Shown: positions 17,201 to 26,151, numbered from the stretch's first letter. The stretch is 37,539 nucleotides of DNA from an uncultured Nitrososphaerota archaeon (GCA_934869045.1 CAKXAF010000002.1:1-37539); one strand, 5' to 3'. The notes: generated from the sequence alone by a model not told the origin. Numbers and translations are program-made.

Positions 17201-20200
17201 GACTTCATGGCCGCGCCGAAGGGGATGATCCCGGCGGCAAAGGCGGCCAGATCATGGCTTCCATTGAAAAACTCCATGACTCCGCCCGCCAGGGGAAGGG
17301 ATTCTTGCAGCCTTGCCAGGGACTGGGCCGCCACAGCCGAGGCGGTGATAGCCCCGGTGTTGATGTCCGCCACGGCGTCTCCGTAGGACTTCATAGCCGC
17401 GCCGAAGGGGACAATACCCGCGGCAAAGATGCCAAGGTCGTTGCCGCCATCAAAGAAGGTCATCACACCGCCCACATTGGGCAGGTCGGTCTGAAGCTGT
17501 GCCAGGGACTGGGCGGCAACCGCAGAAGCCGTGATCGCCTCGGCGTTGATACCGGCTACGGCTTCCCCATAGGATTTCATGGCCGCGCCAAAGGGCACAA
17601 TGCCCTCCGAGAATTTACCGAGATCGTTTCCTCCCGTGAAGAACTCCATAACCCCGCCAACCTGCGGCAAAGCAGCCTGAAGTTTTGCCAACGACTGGGC
17701 GGCGACTCCAGACGCCTCCACGGCGCCGGCGTTGATACCGGCCACAGCCTCTCCATAGGACTTCATGGCCTCACCAAAGGGGATGACGCCCTCAGAGAAT
17801 GTTTCAAGGTCGTTCCCGCCGGTGAAAAACTCCATGATGCCGCCCACGTTGGGCAGGGATGCTTGCAGCTCCGCCAGGGCCTGCGCTGCCACAGCCGAGG
17901 CGGAGACCGCGCCGGCGTCAATGCCGGAAACAGCGCCGCCATAGGATTTCATGGCCAAGCCAAAGGAGAGAACTCCATCCGCAAAGGCCCCAAGGTCGTT
18001 TCCGCCGGTGAAGAATTCCAGCACCCCGCCCACATGGGGAAGAGACGCCTGAAGCGCGGAGAGGGCCTGGGCCGCGGTAATGGAGGCGGAAACAGCGCCC
18101 GCGTCCAACCCGGTCACGGAATCGGCATAGGCTTTCATCCCTTCCCCGAAGGGGAGCAGACCGTTTGCGAAGGTCTCCAAATCGTTACCTCCGGTGAAGA
18201 AGTCCACCACCCCGCCGATATTGGGAAGGGAGGCTTGCAGCTCTGCCAGCGCCTTTGCCGCAGTGGCGGAAGCGGTGACCGCTTCACTGTCCATGCCGGT
18301 CACGCTGTCGGAATAAGCCTTCATCGCCTCTCCAAAGGGAACCAACTGATCGCCAAAGGTCTCCAAATCGTTGTCGCCCGTGAAGAATGCGACCAGACCT
18401 CCGGTATTCGGAATGGTGTTTGCCAGCTCCACCAAAGTTTTTCCGGCAATGGCCGAGTTCGCAACCGCGTCGCTATCCAAACCGCTGACCGATTTTGAAT
18501 AATTCTTCATGGAGACGCCAAAGGAGGCAAGCTGCGCTCCGAAGGTCGCCATATCGTTGTCGCCGGCAAAGAAAGCGACAGCGCCTCCCGTGTTCGGGAG
18601 CGTGGCCGCCAGCTCCGCCATGGCCTGCCCGGCGATGGCTGAGTTCTTAACCGCGTCCACATCCAGTCCGGTCACCGCGTCAGAGTAGGCTTTGATGGCC
18701 TCTCCAAAGAGGACCAGCTGGTCGCCGAACGCGCTCATATCGTTGTCACCGGCAAAGAAAGCCACGGCTCCGCCTGTATTGGGCAGGGTAGCCGCCATTT
18801 CCGCCATGGCCTTCCCCGCGATGGCGGCATTGTTTACCGCGTCGGCGTCCAGCCCTTTGATGCTTGCAGCAAACCGCATCATGGACCCGCCGAAACCAAC
18901 CAGCTGGTTTCCAAACTCGTCCATGTCATTTTCGCCGGTGAAGAACCCCGCGATGCCGCCGCGGTTCGGCAGGGTCGCCGCCATTTCGGCCAGTGTCTTT
19001 CCGGCAATCGCGGCCGTGCTGACCAAATTGCCGTCAAGGCCGGCGATGCTGTTGGAAAATTTCATCATCGCCTCACCGAAGGGGACAAGCTCCCCGGCAA
19101 AGGCGGATAGGGAAGAACCGCCCGTCAGCCAGGAGGTCAGCCCTTCCAGCAGATCAGCGGCAGTAATCAGCAAAATCGCCTCGGTAAGCGCCTTTACACC
19201 ATCCAGCATGGCGGCGTCAATGCCACGGGCTCCATCGATAAACGGCTGCACGTTGGTCATGAACGCCGCGAGATCGGCGCCGATCTGCGGGAACGATCCG
19301 GATATGCCGCCCATAAACCCGCCGACAATACCGCCGATAAATCCGCCAATGGCGTTTCCGATGGTTTGCAGCAGCTTGCCGCCTTCCCCAATCAGCCAGT
19401 CGAGGCCGGGAATCTGCGCCAGGCCTCCAATGGCCGCCAGAACAACGGCAAGTTCCGCCATAACGACGCCCAGGCCAAGCACACCCACCATTGCGGAGGG
19501 AATCAGCCCGGCCAACGCGCCGAGGGCCACCATAATGCCGCTGAGAAGCCCGATCCCGACGACGCCTTTCAGAAGGGCGTCCGTGTCGATGCTCCCCAGG
19601 GCGGATACGATTCCGGAGAAGAAGGACATCAGCAAATTGACCACCGACTGGATCAGTGTCGGCAGATTGCGCGCCAAGCCGTCGATGACTTCGATCAGGA
19701 ACTGCATGATAGAATCCACGATCTGCGGCGTATAGGCCGCCAGCGCCGCAAGGACTCCGGCAATCAGCTCCAGAGCCCCGTTGGCAATCGCGGGCACACA
19801 CTCCACCAGGACGTCCACCAGGGTGAGCACCAGCGCTTTGACCGCGTTTCCAATCGCCGGGGCGCCATTGGTGATGACTCCGGCAAAGGCGATGACCGCC
19901 TCGCCCAGCTGTTGGGCAATCGCAGGGATTAGCGCGGCAATACCCGTGATAATGGACGTCAACCCGGCCACAATGATGGTCACGCCTGCCCCCAGGGAGG
20001 TAGCCAGGCCCGTGATGCCGACCGCGATGGCGGTGAGCCCAGTCCCAACCAGAAGAAGCCCCGCCCCAAGGCCGGCAATGCCGACGCCAATCAAAGCAAA
20101 CGCGCCGCCCAGCCCGAGAATGGTGGGGAGCAGCGGCGTGAGAAGCGCGCCGGCCGTCCCAATCACCGTAAAGGCTCCGGCAACGGTAATCAGCCCCTTG

Positions 20201-23200
20201 GCGATGGCCTCCCAGCTCATGCTTCCCAGGGTAAAGAGCACCGGGGTCAAAACCGCCAAAGCGCTTGCGGCTACCAGCATAGCGGCGGAACCGGCCAGTG
20301 TTCCGTTCATAAAATTCAAACCGACCGCCAGCTCGGCCAGAGCGCCGCCCATGGCAACCAGGCTTTTCGCAATGGCCTCCCAGCTCATGCCCCCCATTTT
20401 TCCGAGGGCCTCCGCCAAGACATTCAGCGCCGCTCCAACTGTGACAAGCCCCGCGCCCGTGGTAATCAAGTTCTTCGGCATGGCTTTCATGGCGATCGCC
20501 ACTTCCGCCAAGGCCCCGCCCATGGCCAGCAAGCCCTTCCCGATCTCCGCCAAAAACATGCCGCCGAAGTCCGCCATCGCAGAAGCAAATATCTTCATGG
20601 CCGCGCCGATCTCAATCATGGCAAGACCAGTGGAGATAAGCCCCTGTGCATTTCCAGTCAGTTTTGTGAATGCGGTAATCTCCAAAAGGACAGCTCCAAC
20701 AGAGCTCAGCCCCTTCACCAGCTCGCCCGCATTCATCTGCCCAAAATCCTTGCAGGCGGAGGCAAAGACCTTCATAGCGCTGGCCAGAACCAGAATCCCG
20801 GCCGCAGTAGCCATGGCGCCCTTGTTGACCTTAACCGTGTTCGTGAATAGAGAAACCTCCGCCATCAGAACGCCGACTCCGGTCAAGCCCTTTGCCACCC
20901 CGGCAAAGTCCAGCTGGGCCAGGTCGATACAGGCGGAGGCAAGCATTTTGATTGCGCCGGCAAACACCACCATCTGGGCGGACCCCTTGATGACGGAGCT
21001 GGAACCGCTCCCCAAAACTTTGGCCGCAGCCACCAGCGCGGTCATCAGCCCGGCGATCCCGGCAAGGGCCACGACCATCTGCTCCGGCTCGATATCGGAG
21101 ATTTTCTTCAGGGCGGAGGCCAGCAGAAGAACTGAGGTGGAAACGCCAATCATAGCCGCAGTGCCTTTAACGACACCCTTGACTTCTCCACTAATACGAC
21201 TAAAGATGGCCATGGAAGCCATCAATTCCGCAAACAGTACGGTAATGGCGCCCAGAGAAGCGGTCAGCTTGCCGCTGTCAATCAGAGAAATGGTTACGAT
21301 CGCGGCCGCCAGCACGGCAATAGCGGAGGCGATTTTCAGAAGGGTTCCAGCCTTCAGCTGGGTCTGATAGGCTTCAAAGCAGCCCCGCACCCCGTCCAAA
21401 ATACCCTTTACATTGTCAAGAAGGCCGCCGACATCGTCGAAAGACTTTGTCAGGCTGTTCATGAACTTGGTGATGCCTACCGCGATTCCGCCCAGAGAAA
21501 TGCCGTTGAGTAAATCAATCACTCCGCTGAAATCAGCGTTGCCAATGGCGTCTATCAGCGTGGCGGACAAGCCGCCGAGCACGCCGATGATTCCGCTGGC
21601 AATGGTTTTCACGCCGTTGAACAGGCTCTGAAGCATTTGCAGGAATTTGCTGTTTCCAACGGCGGAATCCATGGTATTTACCGCATCGTCCACCCCAAAT
21701 CCCAGGCCGCCGACTGCGTCGATCACCTGGCCGATTCGGGTCTGGATGCGGCCGAGAAGCGCCTGGAACGCCTCGAAGCCGGGGATGGCAAAGACGTCGC
21801 CGAGAAACCCGATAAAGGTTTGGATTCCTGATACAACGAAACCCAGAGCATCCGCGATACCCTGGGCCACTTTACTGAAGACTTTACCTTTCTTTGCCGC
21901 GTCGTTGATGCCGGTCAGAAAATCGCCAATCGCGGCGGTCACCGTAAGAAGACCATCTGCTAGGGACCCTATGCCTCCAGCCATAGGCATGACCGCGTTG
22001 ACCACCGCCATAATTGCCTGACGGCCCAAATCCAGCATGGAAAAGAGCCCTTTGAAGGTCCGCTGCAATTTATCCGCTGTTTCATCCGAAATCGTCAACC
22101 GCTCGGAAAAGCTCCGCAGCGTCTCCGTCAGCGCGTAGAGCTGGTCGGAAGTGGCGGGCGGAAAAATATCGCGGAACGCATCCTTGATCGGGGCGATAAC
22201 GCTTACCAATCCCTTGGCCGCGTTCCAGACCGACTGGATCAGGTTCTCCCGGCCGGAGGGGCGCAGAATCTTCTCCGTAAACTCATCCATGGAGACGGAG
22301 CCATCCCGAAGACTGTCGGCCAGCGTTTCGATCTGCTCCACCATCTCCGAGGTGTATCCGGCGGCCTTGCGCTCCTCCTGGGACATGCCGGACATCTTTC
22401 CCTGGAGATGATAGACCGCCTCGGACAAGGTTTCAGAGGAGATTACTCCATCCTTCAACCCCTGCTTCAGCGCGTCAGTAAAGCTGTCCGAATCCGCTAC
22501 CAGCTGGTCAAAGGCGTCGCCGCTCTCTCTGGCGACTGCTTGGATCGACTCTATAAAACCCGCTTCATCGGCAATTCCCTGATCCAGCAGCTGTTTCCAG
22601 CCGGAACTCAAGCCGCCGCTGAGCAGTTCGTTTCTCGCCTGGGCGGACTCGCCGATGATGCCGCCGATGGTGTTGAATACTTCCGTCAACAGCGCTTTTG
22701 CCTCGTCAAAGTCGCCAACCAGAATCTCCCACGTCTCGGTCCATCCCGACTGGGCGCTCTCCTTCAAGGTGTCCCATAGCTGGGTAAAGGTTTTCACCTT
22801 CGTAGCGGCGTCCTCTGCCGTCTGTGCCATCTGGGCAATTTCCTTTGCCTGGGCCTCCGTAAAGCCCTGCTGCACCAGATCCGCCTCGGTATATGCGCCG
22901 GCAAACTGCTTCAGGGTCTCCGTGAGGACTTCCGTGGTGAGCCACTCGCCCCTGGTAAGGGATTCCCGGAAGGAACCATACATATTGATGGCATTCTGGG
23001 CTCCGGTGCCCAGCAGCTCGGATGTGCGGACCAGGGCGTCCTGGAACACCTTGCCGCCCATGCCCGCGTTGACCACCGAGTTCCAGTCCATCAGGGACAC
23101 TCTGCCTGCGGCCAGCGCCTGGGAGAGCTGATACATGGCTGTGGACGCCTGCTGGGAGGTGGAGCCGGAAATGGCGGCCAGGTTCGCGATACCCTTGATG

Positions 23201-23733
23201 GAGTCAACGGATGTCTGAAGTTTTACACCAGCCGCGGTAAACGTGCCGATGTTCCGGGTCATTTCCGTGAAGTTGTAGATCGTCTTGTCCGCGTAGGTGT
23301 TCAGCTCATCCAGCGCCCGGTTCACCTGCTGAAGATTGGTCCCTTCGTGCTGGGTGTTCGCCAGGATGGTCTGCACCGCTCCGATCTGGGTCTCATACTC
23401 CTGAAAACCGGTTTTGATGGGGTCGATTGTAAGGGCGGACACAAGCCGTTTTTCCGTGTTCAGGGCTGAATTTGTAATGTTGGAAAGGGTCGTCATGGCA
23501 ACGACTTCAAGCGCCGAGAATTTCGCCCGAACCGTCTCGACGGAGCTGCTAAGGGCGGACATATTGCACTTCTTAGCAGCGTCGCCCAGGTTTTCAAGTC
23601 CCTTGGCAGCACCGTCCAGATCCAAACCCTGCTTGAGTTTGTCGAGTGTCGACAGACTGGTCTGCACATTCCGCTCAAACTGTCTGTTGTCAAATCGCAT
23701 CTCGACGATTCTCTCGTCGATGGTCCTGCTCAT
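14206..23733 (-). CDS. Tail tape measure protein, ~3175 aa
   Basis: The N-terminal core (..QQVNRALDELNTYADKTIYNFTEMTRNIGTFTAAGVKLQ..AISGSTSQQASTAMYQLSQALAAGRVSLMDWNSVVNAGMGG..) matches my memory of the TP901-family tape measure core. Long Gly/Ala-rich hydrophobic stretches and several tandem arrays follow. Start is taken as ATG 23733, which forms an ATGA overlap with the upstream stop and has AAGGAGG 10 nt upstream. Confidence 0.9.
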   Translation of the reverse strand: MSRTIDERIVEMRFDNRQFERNVQTSLSTLDKLKQGLDLDGAAKGLENLGDAAKKCNMSALSSSVETVRAKFSALEVVAMTTLSNITNSALNTEKRLVSALTIDPIKTGFQEYETQIGAVQTILANTQHEGTNLQQVNRALDELNTYADKTIYNFTEMTRNIGTFTAAGVKLQTSVDSIKGIANLAAISGSTSQQASTAMYQLSQALAAGRVSLMDWNSVVNAGMGGKVFQDALVRTSELLGTGAQNAINMYGSFRESLTRGEWLTTEVLTETLKQFAGAYTEADLVQQGFTEAQAKEIAQMAQTAEDAATKVKTFTQLWDTLKESAQSGWTETWEILVGDFDEAKALLTEVFNTIGGIIGESAQARNELLSGGLSSGWKQLLDQGIADEAGFIESIQAVARESGDAFDQLVADSDSFTDALKQGLKDGVISSETLSEAVYHLQGKMSGMSQEERKAAGYTSEMVEQIETLADSLRDGSVSMDEFTEKILRPSGRENLIQSVWNAAKGLVSVIAPIKDAFRDIFPPATSDQLYALTETLRSFSERLTISDETADKLQRTFKGLFSMLDLGRQAIMAVVNAVMPMAGGIGSLADGLLTVTAAIGDFLTGINDAAKKGKVFSKVAQGIADALGFVVSGIQTFIGFLGDVFAIPGFEAFQALLGRIQTRIGQVIDAVGGLGFGVDDAVNTMDSAVGNSKFLQMLQSLFNGVKTIASGIIGVLGGLSATLIDAIGNADFSGVIDLLNGISLGGIAVGITKFMNSLTKSFDDVGGLLDNVKGILDGVRGCFEAYQTQLKAGTLLKIASAIAVLAAAIVTISLIDSGKLTASLGAITVLFAELMASMAIFSRISGEVKGVVKGTAAMIGVSTSVLLLASALKKISDIEPEQMVVALAGIAGLMTALVAAAKVLGSGSSSVIKGSAQMVVFAGAIKMLASACIDLAQLDFAGVAKGLTGVGVLMAEVSLFTNTVKVNKGAMATAAGILVLASAMKVFASACKDFGQMNAGELVKGLSSVGAVLLEITAFTKLTGNAQGLISTGLAMIEIGAAMKIFASAMADFGGMFLAEIGKGLLAMGGALAEVAIAMKAMPKNLITTGAGLVTVGAALNVLAEALGKMGGMSWEAIAKSLVAMGGALAELAVGLNFMNGTLAGSAAMLVAASALAVLTPVLFTLGSMSWEAIAKGLITVAGAFTVIGTAGALLTPLLPTILGLGGAFALIGVGIAGLGAGLLLVGTGLTAIAVGITGLATSLGAGVTIIVAGLTSIITGIAALIPAIAQQLGEAVIAFAGVITNGAPAIGNAVKALVLTLVDVLVECVPAIANGALELIAGVLAALAAYTPQIVDSIMQFLIEVIDGLARNLPTLIQSVVNLLMSFFSGIVSALGSIDTDALLKGVVGIGLLSGIMVALGALAGLIPSAMVGVLGLGVVMAELAVVLAAIGGLAQIPGLDWLIGEGGKLLQTIGNAIGGFIGGIVGGFMGGISGSFPQIGADLAAFMTNVQPFIDGARGIDAAMLDGVKALTEAILLITAADLLEGLTSWLTGGSSLSAFAGELVPFGEAMMKFSNSIAGLDGNLVSTAAIAGKTLAEMAATLPNRGGIAGFFTGENDMDEFGNQLVGFGGSMMRFAASIKGLDADAVNNAAIAGKAMAEMAATLPNTGGAVAFFAGDNDMSAFGDQLVLFGEAIKAYSDAVTGLDVDAVKNSAIAGQAMAELAATLPNTGGAVAFFAGDNDMATFGAQLASFGVSMKNYSKSVSGLDSDAVANSAIAGKTLVELANTIPNTGGLVAFFTGDNDLETFGDQLVPFGEAMKAYSDSVTGMDSEAVTASATAAKALAELQASLPNIGGVVDFFTGGNDLETFANGLLPFGEGMKAYADSVTGLDAGAVSASITAAQALSALQASLPHVGGVLEFFTGGNDLGAFADGVLSFGLAMKSYGGAVSGIDAGAVSASAVAAQALAELQASLPNVGGIMEFFTGGNDLETFSEGVIPFGEAMKSYGEAVAGINAGAVEASGVAAQSLAKLQAALPQVGGVMEFFTGGNDLGKFSEGIVPFGAAMKSYGEAVAGINAEAITASAVAAQSLAQLQTDLPNVGGVMTFFDGGNDLGIFAAGIVPFGAAMKSYGDAVADINTGAITASAVAAQSLARLQESLPLAGGVMEFFNGSHDLAAFAAGIIPFGAAMKSYSDAVADINPTAVESSASAGQALVELANTLPNTGGLLSFFTGGTDLAAFGDDLTAFGADLAAYAEAIKDVKPEAVTASANAASALSNLATGLPDSSLFDQWFGGDQTLASFGADISKFGASMKDYYNEISGIDLGKLSDVITQVWDLIELAEGVNGVNTSGLTKFADSMKKMGDAGISGFADAFYNCGGTVNSAVVSMLTSVRGSITSNIPVASSAMETLVESMADIVDKKVVVIESAVEGMMRNLAVSILSSSGAVKTAAGTVASAAVSQINSMKPEFETAGENAGQGFVKGIRSKFSASSSAGRSLGLAALNAAKKALDSHSPSREFIYLGENIGEGLAIGVDNSIVPAAQATSDMIGEVIAVSSKGIDAWKDWVDEKTYYDELSLKDQLVGWENLQKRYKAGSEERKQIDREVYQLQNELVASTYQASLDWIEEEKYYNRLSTEEELAAYERMQSRYMEGSEERKKIDREVYTLRNQLVDESYQNSMDWIEKEKNYGRMSLADELAAYKRVQSRYAAGSKEREEMDLKVYQLEQEIYEAQKQYIADVQSVQESANQKRIQLEQEYADKVRSVNEQLERDIQSLNDQYQNAVESRTNSLYQSYGLFDEVTKKEAVSSDTLMKNLEGQVQEFGEWQDILGQLSARGVDADLISELQEMGPSAIEEIRALNSMSDDELEKYVSLWSVKHAQAREQATSELEGLRVETQEQIAQLRADAEAELEEYRITWQEELSQLEEDTADQLASLRQEFAENVGLIKKDTEAEMREMTEAATKILKEAGWTETGQQIPAGLAEGVSLSKSAFLDELTSMALAGVEAVKSTLKINSPSRVFRELGNFTGLGFVTGLADYAKKSYAAGANVAEYAADGLSNAMSITAELLSGDMDAQPTIRPVLDLSDVMRGADELNSLFYPQRTIGLAGQASLAFAESGRSGGTVVNVDNGDIVEELRALRSEMAEMTERMERMRVVLDTGTLVGEMAGPMDNALGQRVTRRGRGN
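15556..16077 (-). repeat. 3 x 174-bp (58-aa) in-frame tandem repeat in the tape measure C-terminal part
   Basis: Units start at 16077, 15903 and 15729 (DWVDEKTYYDELSLKDQLVGWENLQKRYKAGSEERKQIDREVYQLQNELV / DWIEEEKYYNRLSTEEELAAYERMQSRYMEGSEERKKIDREVYTLRNQLV / DWIEKEKNYGRMSLADELAAYKRVQSRYAAGSKEREEMDLKVYQLEQEIY). Confidence 0.85.
16741..19131 (-). repeat. ~13 x 186-bp (62-aa) in-frame tandem repeat array in the tape measure
   Basis: Unit consensus is FFTGGNDLxxFxxGxxPFGxAMKSYxxAVxGIxxxAVxASxxAAQxLAxLQxxLPxxGGVxE. The register was checked at 19131, 18945, 17457, 17271 and 16899, all separated by multiples of 186. Confidence 0.9.
20150..21000 (-). repeat. ~5 copies of a 56-58-aa hydrophobic repeat in the tape measure (approximate bounds)
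   Basis: Recurrent ..A(M/I)K(M/V/I)(L/F)ASA..D(L/F)(A/G)(Q/G)(L/M)...(V/I)(A/V/G)KGL..(V/M)G..L.E.. units. The MSWEAIAK motif recurs at 20212-20220 and 20380-20388 (168-bp spacing). KxFASAxxDFG motifs occur near 20590, 20765 and 20940 (~175-bp spacing). Confidence 0.6.
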
Positions 23734-24107
23734 GACCGTGTGACCTCCTTCCATGCGTAATCTGCGATCTGGTCAAAAATAGGCTGGATAGCAGGGTTGA
23801 TGTAATCTCTTCCCTGTACCCAGCCTCCGGTCCCAGTGCCATGTCCGTATTGCAGGATAATGGCAATGGGAACTCCATTTTGAACATTTGAATTGTGAAA
23901 CGAGATGGTGACGGTGTTGTCCCTGTTGGTAATTTTGTAATACCAGGACGCGGCCGTCTCTCCGGAGTCAACAGGCGTTGCAGACGCAAGGGCGGCCACG
24001 CCTTCCCGGCCAAACTTGTCCAGATCGCCGAGATGAACCGTCTCCTTTGCTCTTTCCAGAAATCGGGTCAGCTTGGAAAAATCGCCCTTGTGTCTGAAAC
24101 GAATCAC
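23730..24107 (-). CDS. HK97 gp10-like tail/head-tail joining component
   Basis: 125 aa with a GTG start 6 nt after GGGAGGAG. The pattern ..ATPVDSGETAASWYYKI......ILQYGHGT......DYINPAIQPIF resembles the HK97 gp10 family (V.tG.l..S....., .YGT, ...PF..pA). Confidence 0.6.
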   Translation of the reverse strand: MIRFRHKGDFSKLTRFLERAKETVHLGDLDKFGREGVAALASATPVDSGETAASWYYKITNRDNTVTISFHNSNVQNGVPIAIILQYGHGTGTGGWVQGRDYINPAIQPIFDQIADYAWKEVTRS

Positions 24108-24122
24108 TGCCGTCTCCTCCCA

Positions 24123-24431
24123 TCATTCCGTTTTCTTCGGCCAGTTCTTGAATGCCTCAATCAATTTGTCGTAGCCCACCATGGCCGCGTAGGCGGACAG
24201 AAGCCCGACCACGACAGCCGCAAATACCAGATACCAGGTAATTGCAATCCCTTTGATTTGTGCATAGGCGGCGCCGGCGGCCAGTGTCAGCGCCTCCGAC
24301 ACCATAAGCGCAAGGAAATTTGTGGGAATCTTGTCCCAGGTCACAGTCTTAACCACCTGGACAATGATGTTGGTCAGGATCGTAACCCCGCCAATAATCA
24401 TCAGCAGCGTCGAAATGATTTCCGCGTTCAT
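24123..24431 (-). CDS. Holin (three predicted TM helices)
   Basis: 102 aa, ATG 6 nt after AAGGAGG. The sequence is MNAEIISTLLMIIGGVTILTNIIVQVVKTVTWDKIPTNFLALMVSEALTLAAGAAY..ITWYLVFAAVVVGLLSAYAAMV, with a charged C-terminal tail. It sits next to the endolysin. Confidence 0.7.
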   Translation of the reverse strand: MNAEIISTLLMIIGGVTILTNIIVQVVKTVTWDKIPTNFLALMVSEALTLAAGAAYAQIKGIAITWYLVFAAVVVGLLSAYAAMVGYDKLIEAFKNWPKKTE

Positions 24432-24442
24432 ACGCTTCCTCC

Positions 24443-24796
24443 TTAAATTGCCGGGCTCTCCACAGAGCCAACCGGTGTCTGCGAAACATTTACATTGAAA
24501 TTGGACGCCTTCGCCGTTTCAAAAGTGATTCCGCCCTCCCGGTGGTCGGACTTGCACAGGTTCAGATAGAAACTGCACACCACGCCATGGGCCGTCCAGG
24601 GCAGACCGACCATAGCGCCGATCCAGGGCAACGCTCCCATATACCCCTTATAGACACAGTAGAAGGCCAATAAAAAACCGCCGATGGTCACGATCCACAA
24701 CAGCGGACGGATATCGGCGATCATCCATTTTGAAAACTGCGAAAGGTCAGGTTTTCTTCCAGATTTGCCTCTGGTCCGGCTTCGCCTGCTTTTCAT
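24443..24796 (-). CDS. Second holin-like small membrane protein
   Basis: The track ORF is trimmed to the ATG at 24796, which overlaps the endolysin stop (TGATG). Length is 117 aa. A basic N-terminus (MKSRRSRTRGKSGRK) is followed by hydrophobic helices LLWIVTIGGFLLAFYCVY and LPWIGAMVGLPWTAHGVVCSFYL. Confidence 0.55.
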   Translation of the reverse strand: MKSRRSRTRGKSGRKPDLSQFSKWMIADIRPLLWIVTIGGFLLAFYCVYKGYMGALPWIGAMVGLPWTAHGVVCSFYLNLCKSDHREGGITFETAKASNFNVNVSQTPVGSVESPAI

Positions 24797-26151
24797 CACG
24801 CAAGCCCCGCCATCTGCGCAAAGCGGTAGAAGAGCTGGGCCGCCTGCTCTCTTGTCAGACCGGACGGCCACATCATGTTCGGCTTGCCGTCAACCGCGGT
24901 GCCGTTCCCGGCAAAGAGCCCCACACTTTCAGCCCAAACCCGGGCCTCTTCCGACCAATCGCCGCAGTTGTTGTTCTGAAGACCCTTAAGGTAATTCGTC
25001 ATGGCCGCGCCGAACATCTCATTGAATTTCGCCTGATCCATATCGTCGTCCTCCTCCGGTACGATAGAATAGTCGGGGCGGCCGTAGCCGCCGATCTTGT
25101 TGTATCCCAGGGGGTAGCTCTTATCCCGGACACAGCCGCCGTTTTCCACGACGCCGGCCGCGGAGCTGGTGTTCCCCTCGATGGTGTAGACCCGCCCGCC
25201 AGACACCTTCTCCACGATACCAGTGTGGTAGAACGACTTGCCGCCGTCCTTCGTAAAGAAGATCTGGTCGCCAGGCTGGGGACCTCCGGTGTAAAACCGT
25301 CCCTTCTGCTTATAGTAGTTGGCGGAACCGGTGCACCCTGCCCCCACGCCGTTCTTTGCCTGGCAGAGCAGCTTCAACGCCAGCTCCAGACCGAACGTGT
25401 GGATGTGGCACCAGTCCACAAAGATGTCGCACCAGGAATAGCCGTTCTTCCTTCCGTTATAAACGACCCCCAGCGCATCCAGATCCCTGGCATACTTGTT
25501 CCAGTTTTTATCTCCGGCATTGGCCGTCTTATGATCGAGCTGGGCATTGGTTTCTTTCTCGATATAGCCGATCTCGGCTCTGGCCGTGGCTAGCACGCGC
25601 TCCACAGCCGGCAGCATCGTTGTAGAAGACATCGTTTCACCTCTTTCTGCAAATTGGTCGTAATACTTCTGCCCGTAAGCGGCCCGTCTGGCCTTGGCCG
25701 TCTCGCTCTGGTCTGCGGGGCGCTCAAACTGTACCAGCGCGGCGTCGGAGGCCGCCCGGACAGATGCGGCGGTCTTCAAGATGTTGACCAGAGATGGATA
25801 GCTCTCGGTCAGTTCCTTCCAGAGAAAATCCAGCTGCATCTCCAAATCCCCGATGCTCTTGCCGCGGCTCAGGGCAAAGACGAGCAGCTTTTGCTTCCGG
25901 CTCCAGAATGTCCACTGGGCAAGGCCATATCCGGCGCTGTCGTGGACAAAATCCTGATAGATTCTGGCGTCCACCTGGGCGGTATAGTCCGCGTCGGACA
26001 ATCCCAGCTTCTTTTCACAGGTGTTCTGGAGATTGTCCGGCTTCAGGCCGCTCTCGGCATAGAGATTCCCCATCAGTCCAGCCGCTCCGCAATCCGAGAG
26101 GCCTTTCTTCTTGAAGAAACTCCAAATCACTGCTTCGGACATGTGCATCAT
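24796..26151 (-). CDS. Endolysin: lysozyme-like N-terminal domain + CHAP/NlpC-P60-type peptidase + SLH-like C-terminal wall-binding motif
   Basis: 451 aa. GLMGNLYAESGLKPDNLQ...GYGLAQWTFWSRKQ is a phage lysozyme-like domain. NGYSWCDIFVDWC...FYHTGIVEKVSGGRVYTIEGNTS gives the Cys/His CHAP signature. The C-terminus DWSEEARVWAESVGLFAGNG...LTREQAAQLFYRFA is SLH-like. The start codon forms an ATGA overlap with the upstream gene; internal ATGs at 26148 and 26142 are also possible starts. Confidence 0.8.
   Translation of the reverse strand: MMHMSEAVIWSFFKKKGLSDCGAAGLMGNLYAESGLKPDNLQNTCEKKLGLSDADYTAQVDARIYQDFVHDSAGYGLAQWTFWSRKQKLLVFALSRGKSIGDLEMQLDFLWKELTESYPSLVNILKTAASVRAASDAALVQFERPADQSETAKARRAAYGQKYYDQFAERGETMSSTTMLPAVERVLATARAEIGYIEKETNAQLDHKTANAGDKNWNKYARDLDALGVVYNGRKNGYSWCDIFVDWCHIHTFGLELALKLLCQAKNGVGAGCTGSANYYKQKGRFYTGGPQPGDQIFFTKDGGKSFYHTGIVEKVSGGRVYTIEGNTSSAAGVVENGGCVRDKSYPLGYNKIGGYGRPDYSIVPEEDDDMDQAKFNEMFGAAMTNYLKGLQNNNCGDWSEEARVWAESVGLFAGNGTAVDGKPNMMWPSGLTREQAAQLFYRFAQMAGLA

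Noticed and set aside
16741-19131. Regularly spaced 186-bp repeats as a possible CRISPR-like or satellite array.
   Set aside because: The period is an exact multiple of three. The units are contiguous with no spacers, diverged, and in frame within the tape measure ORF, so this is a coding tandem duplication.
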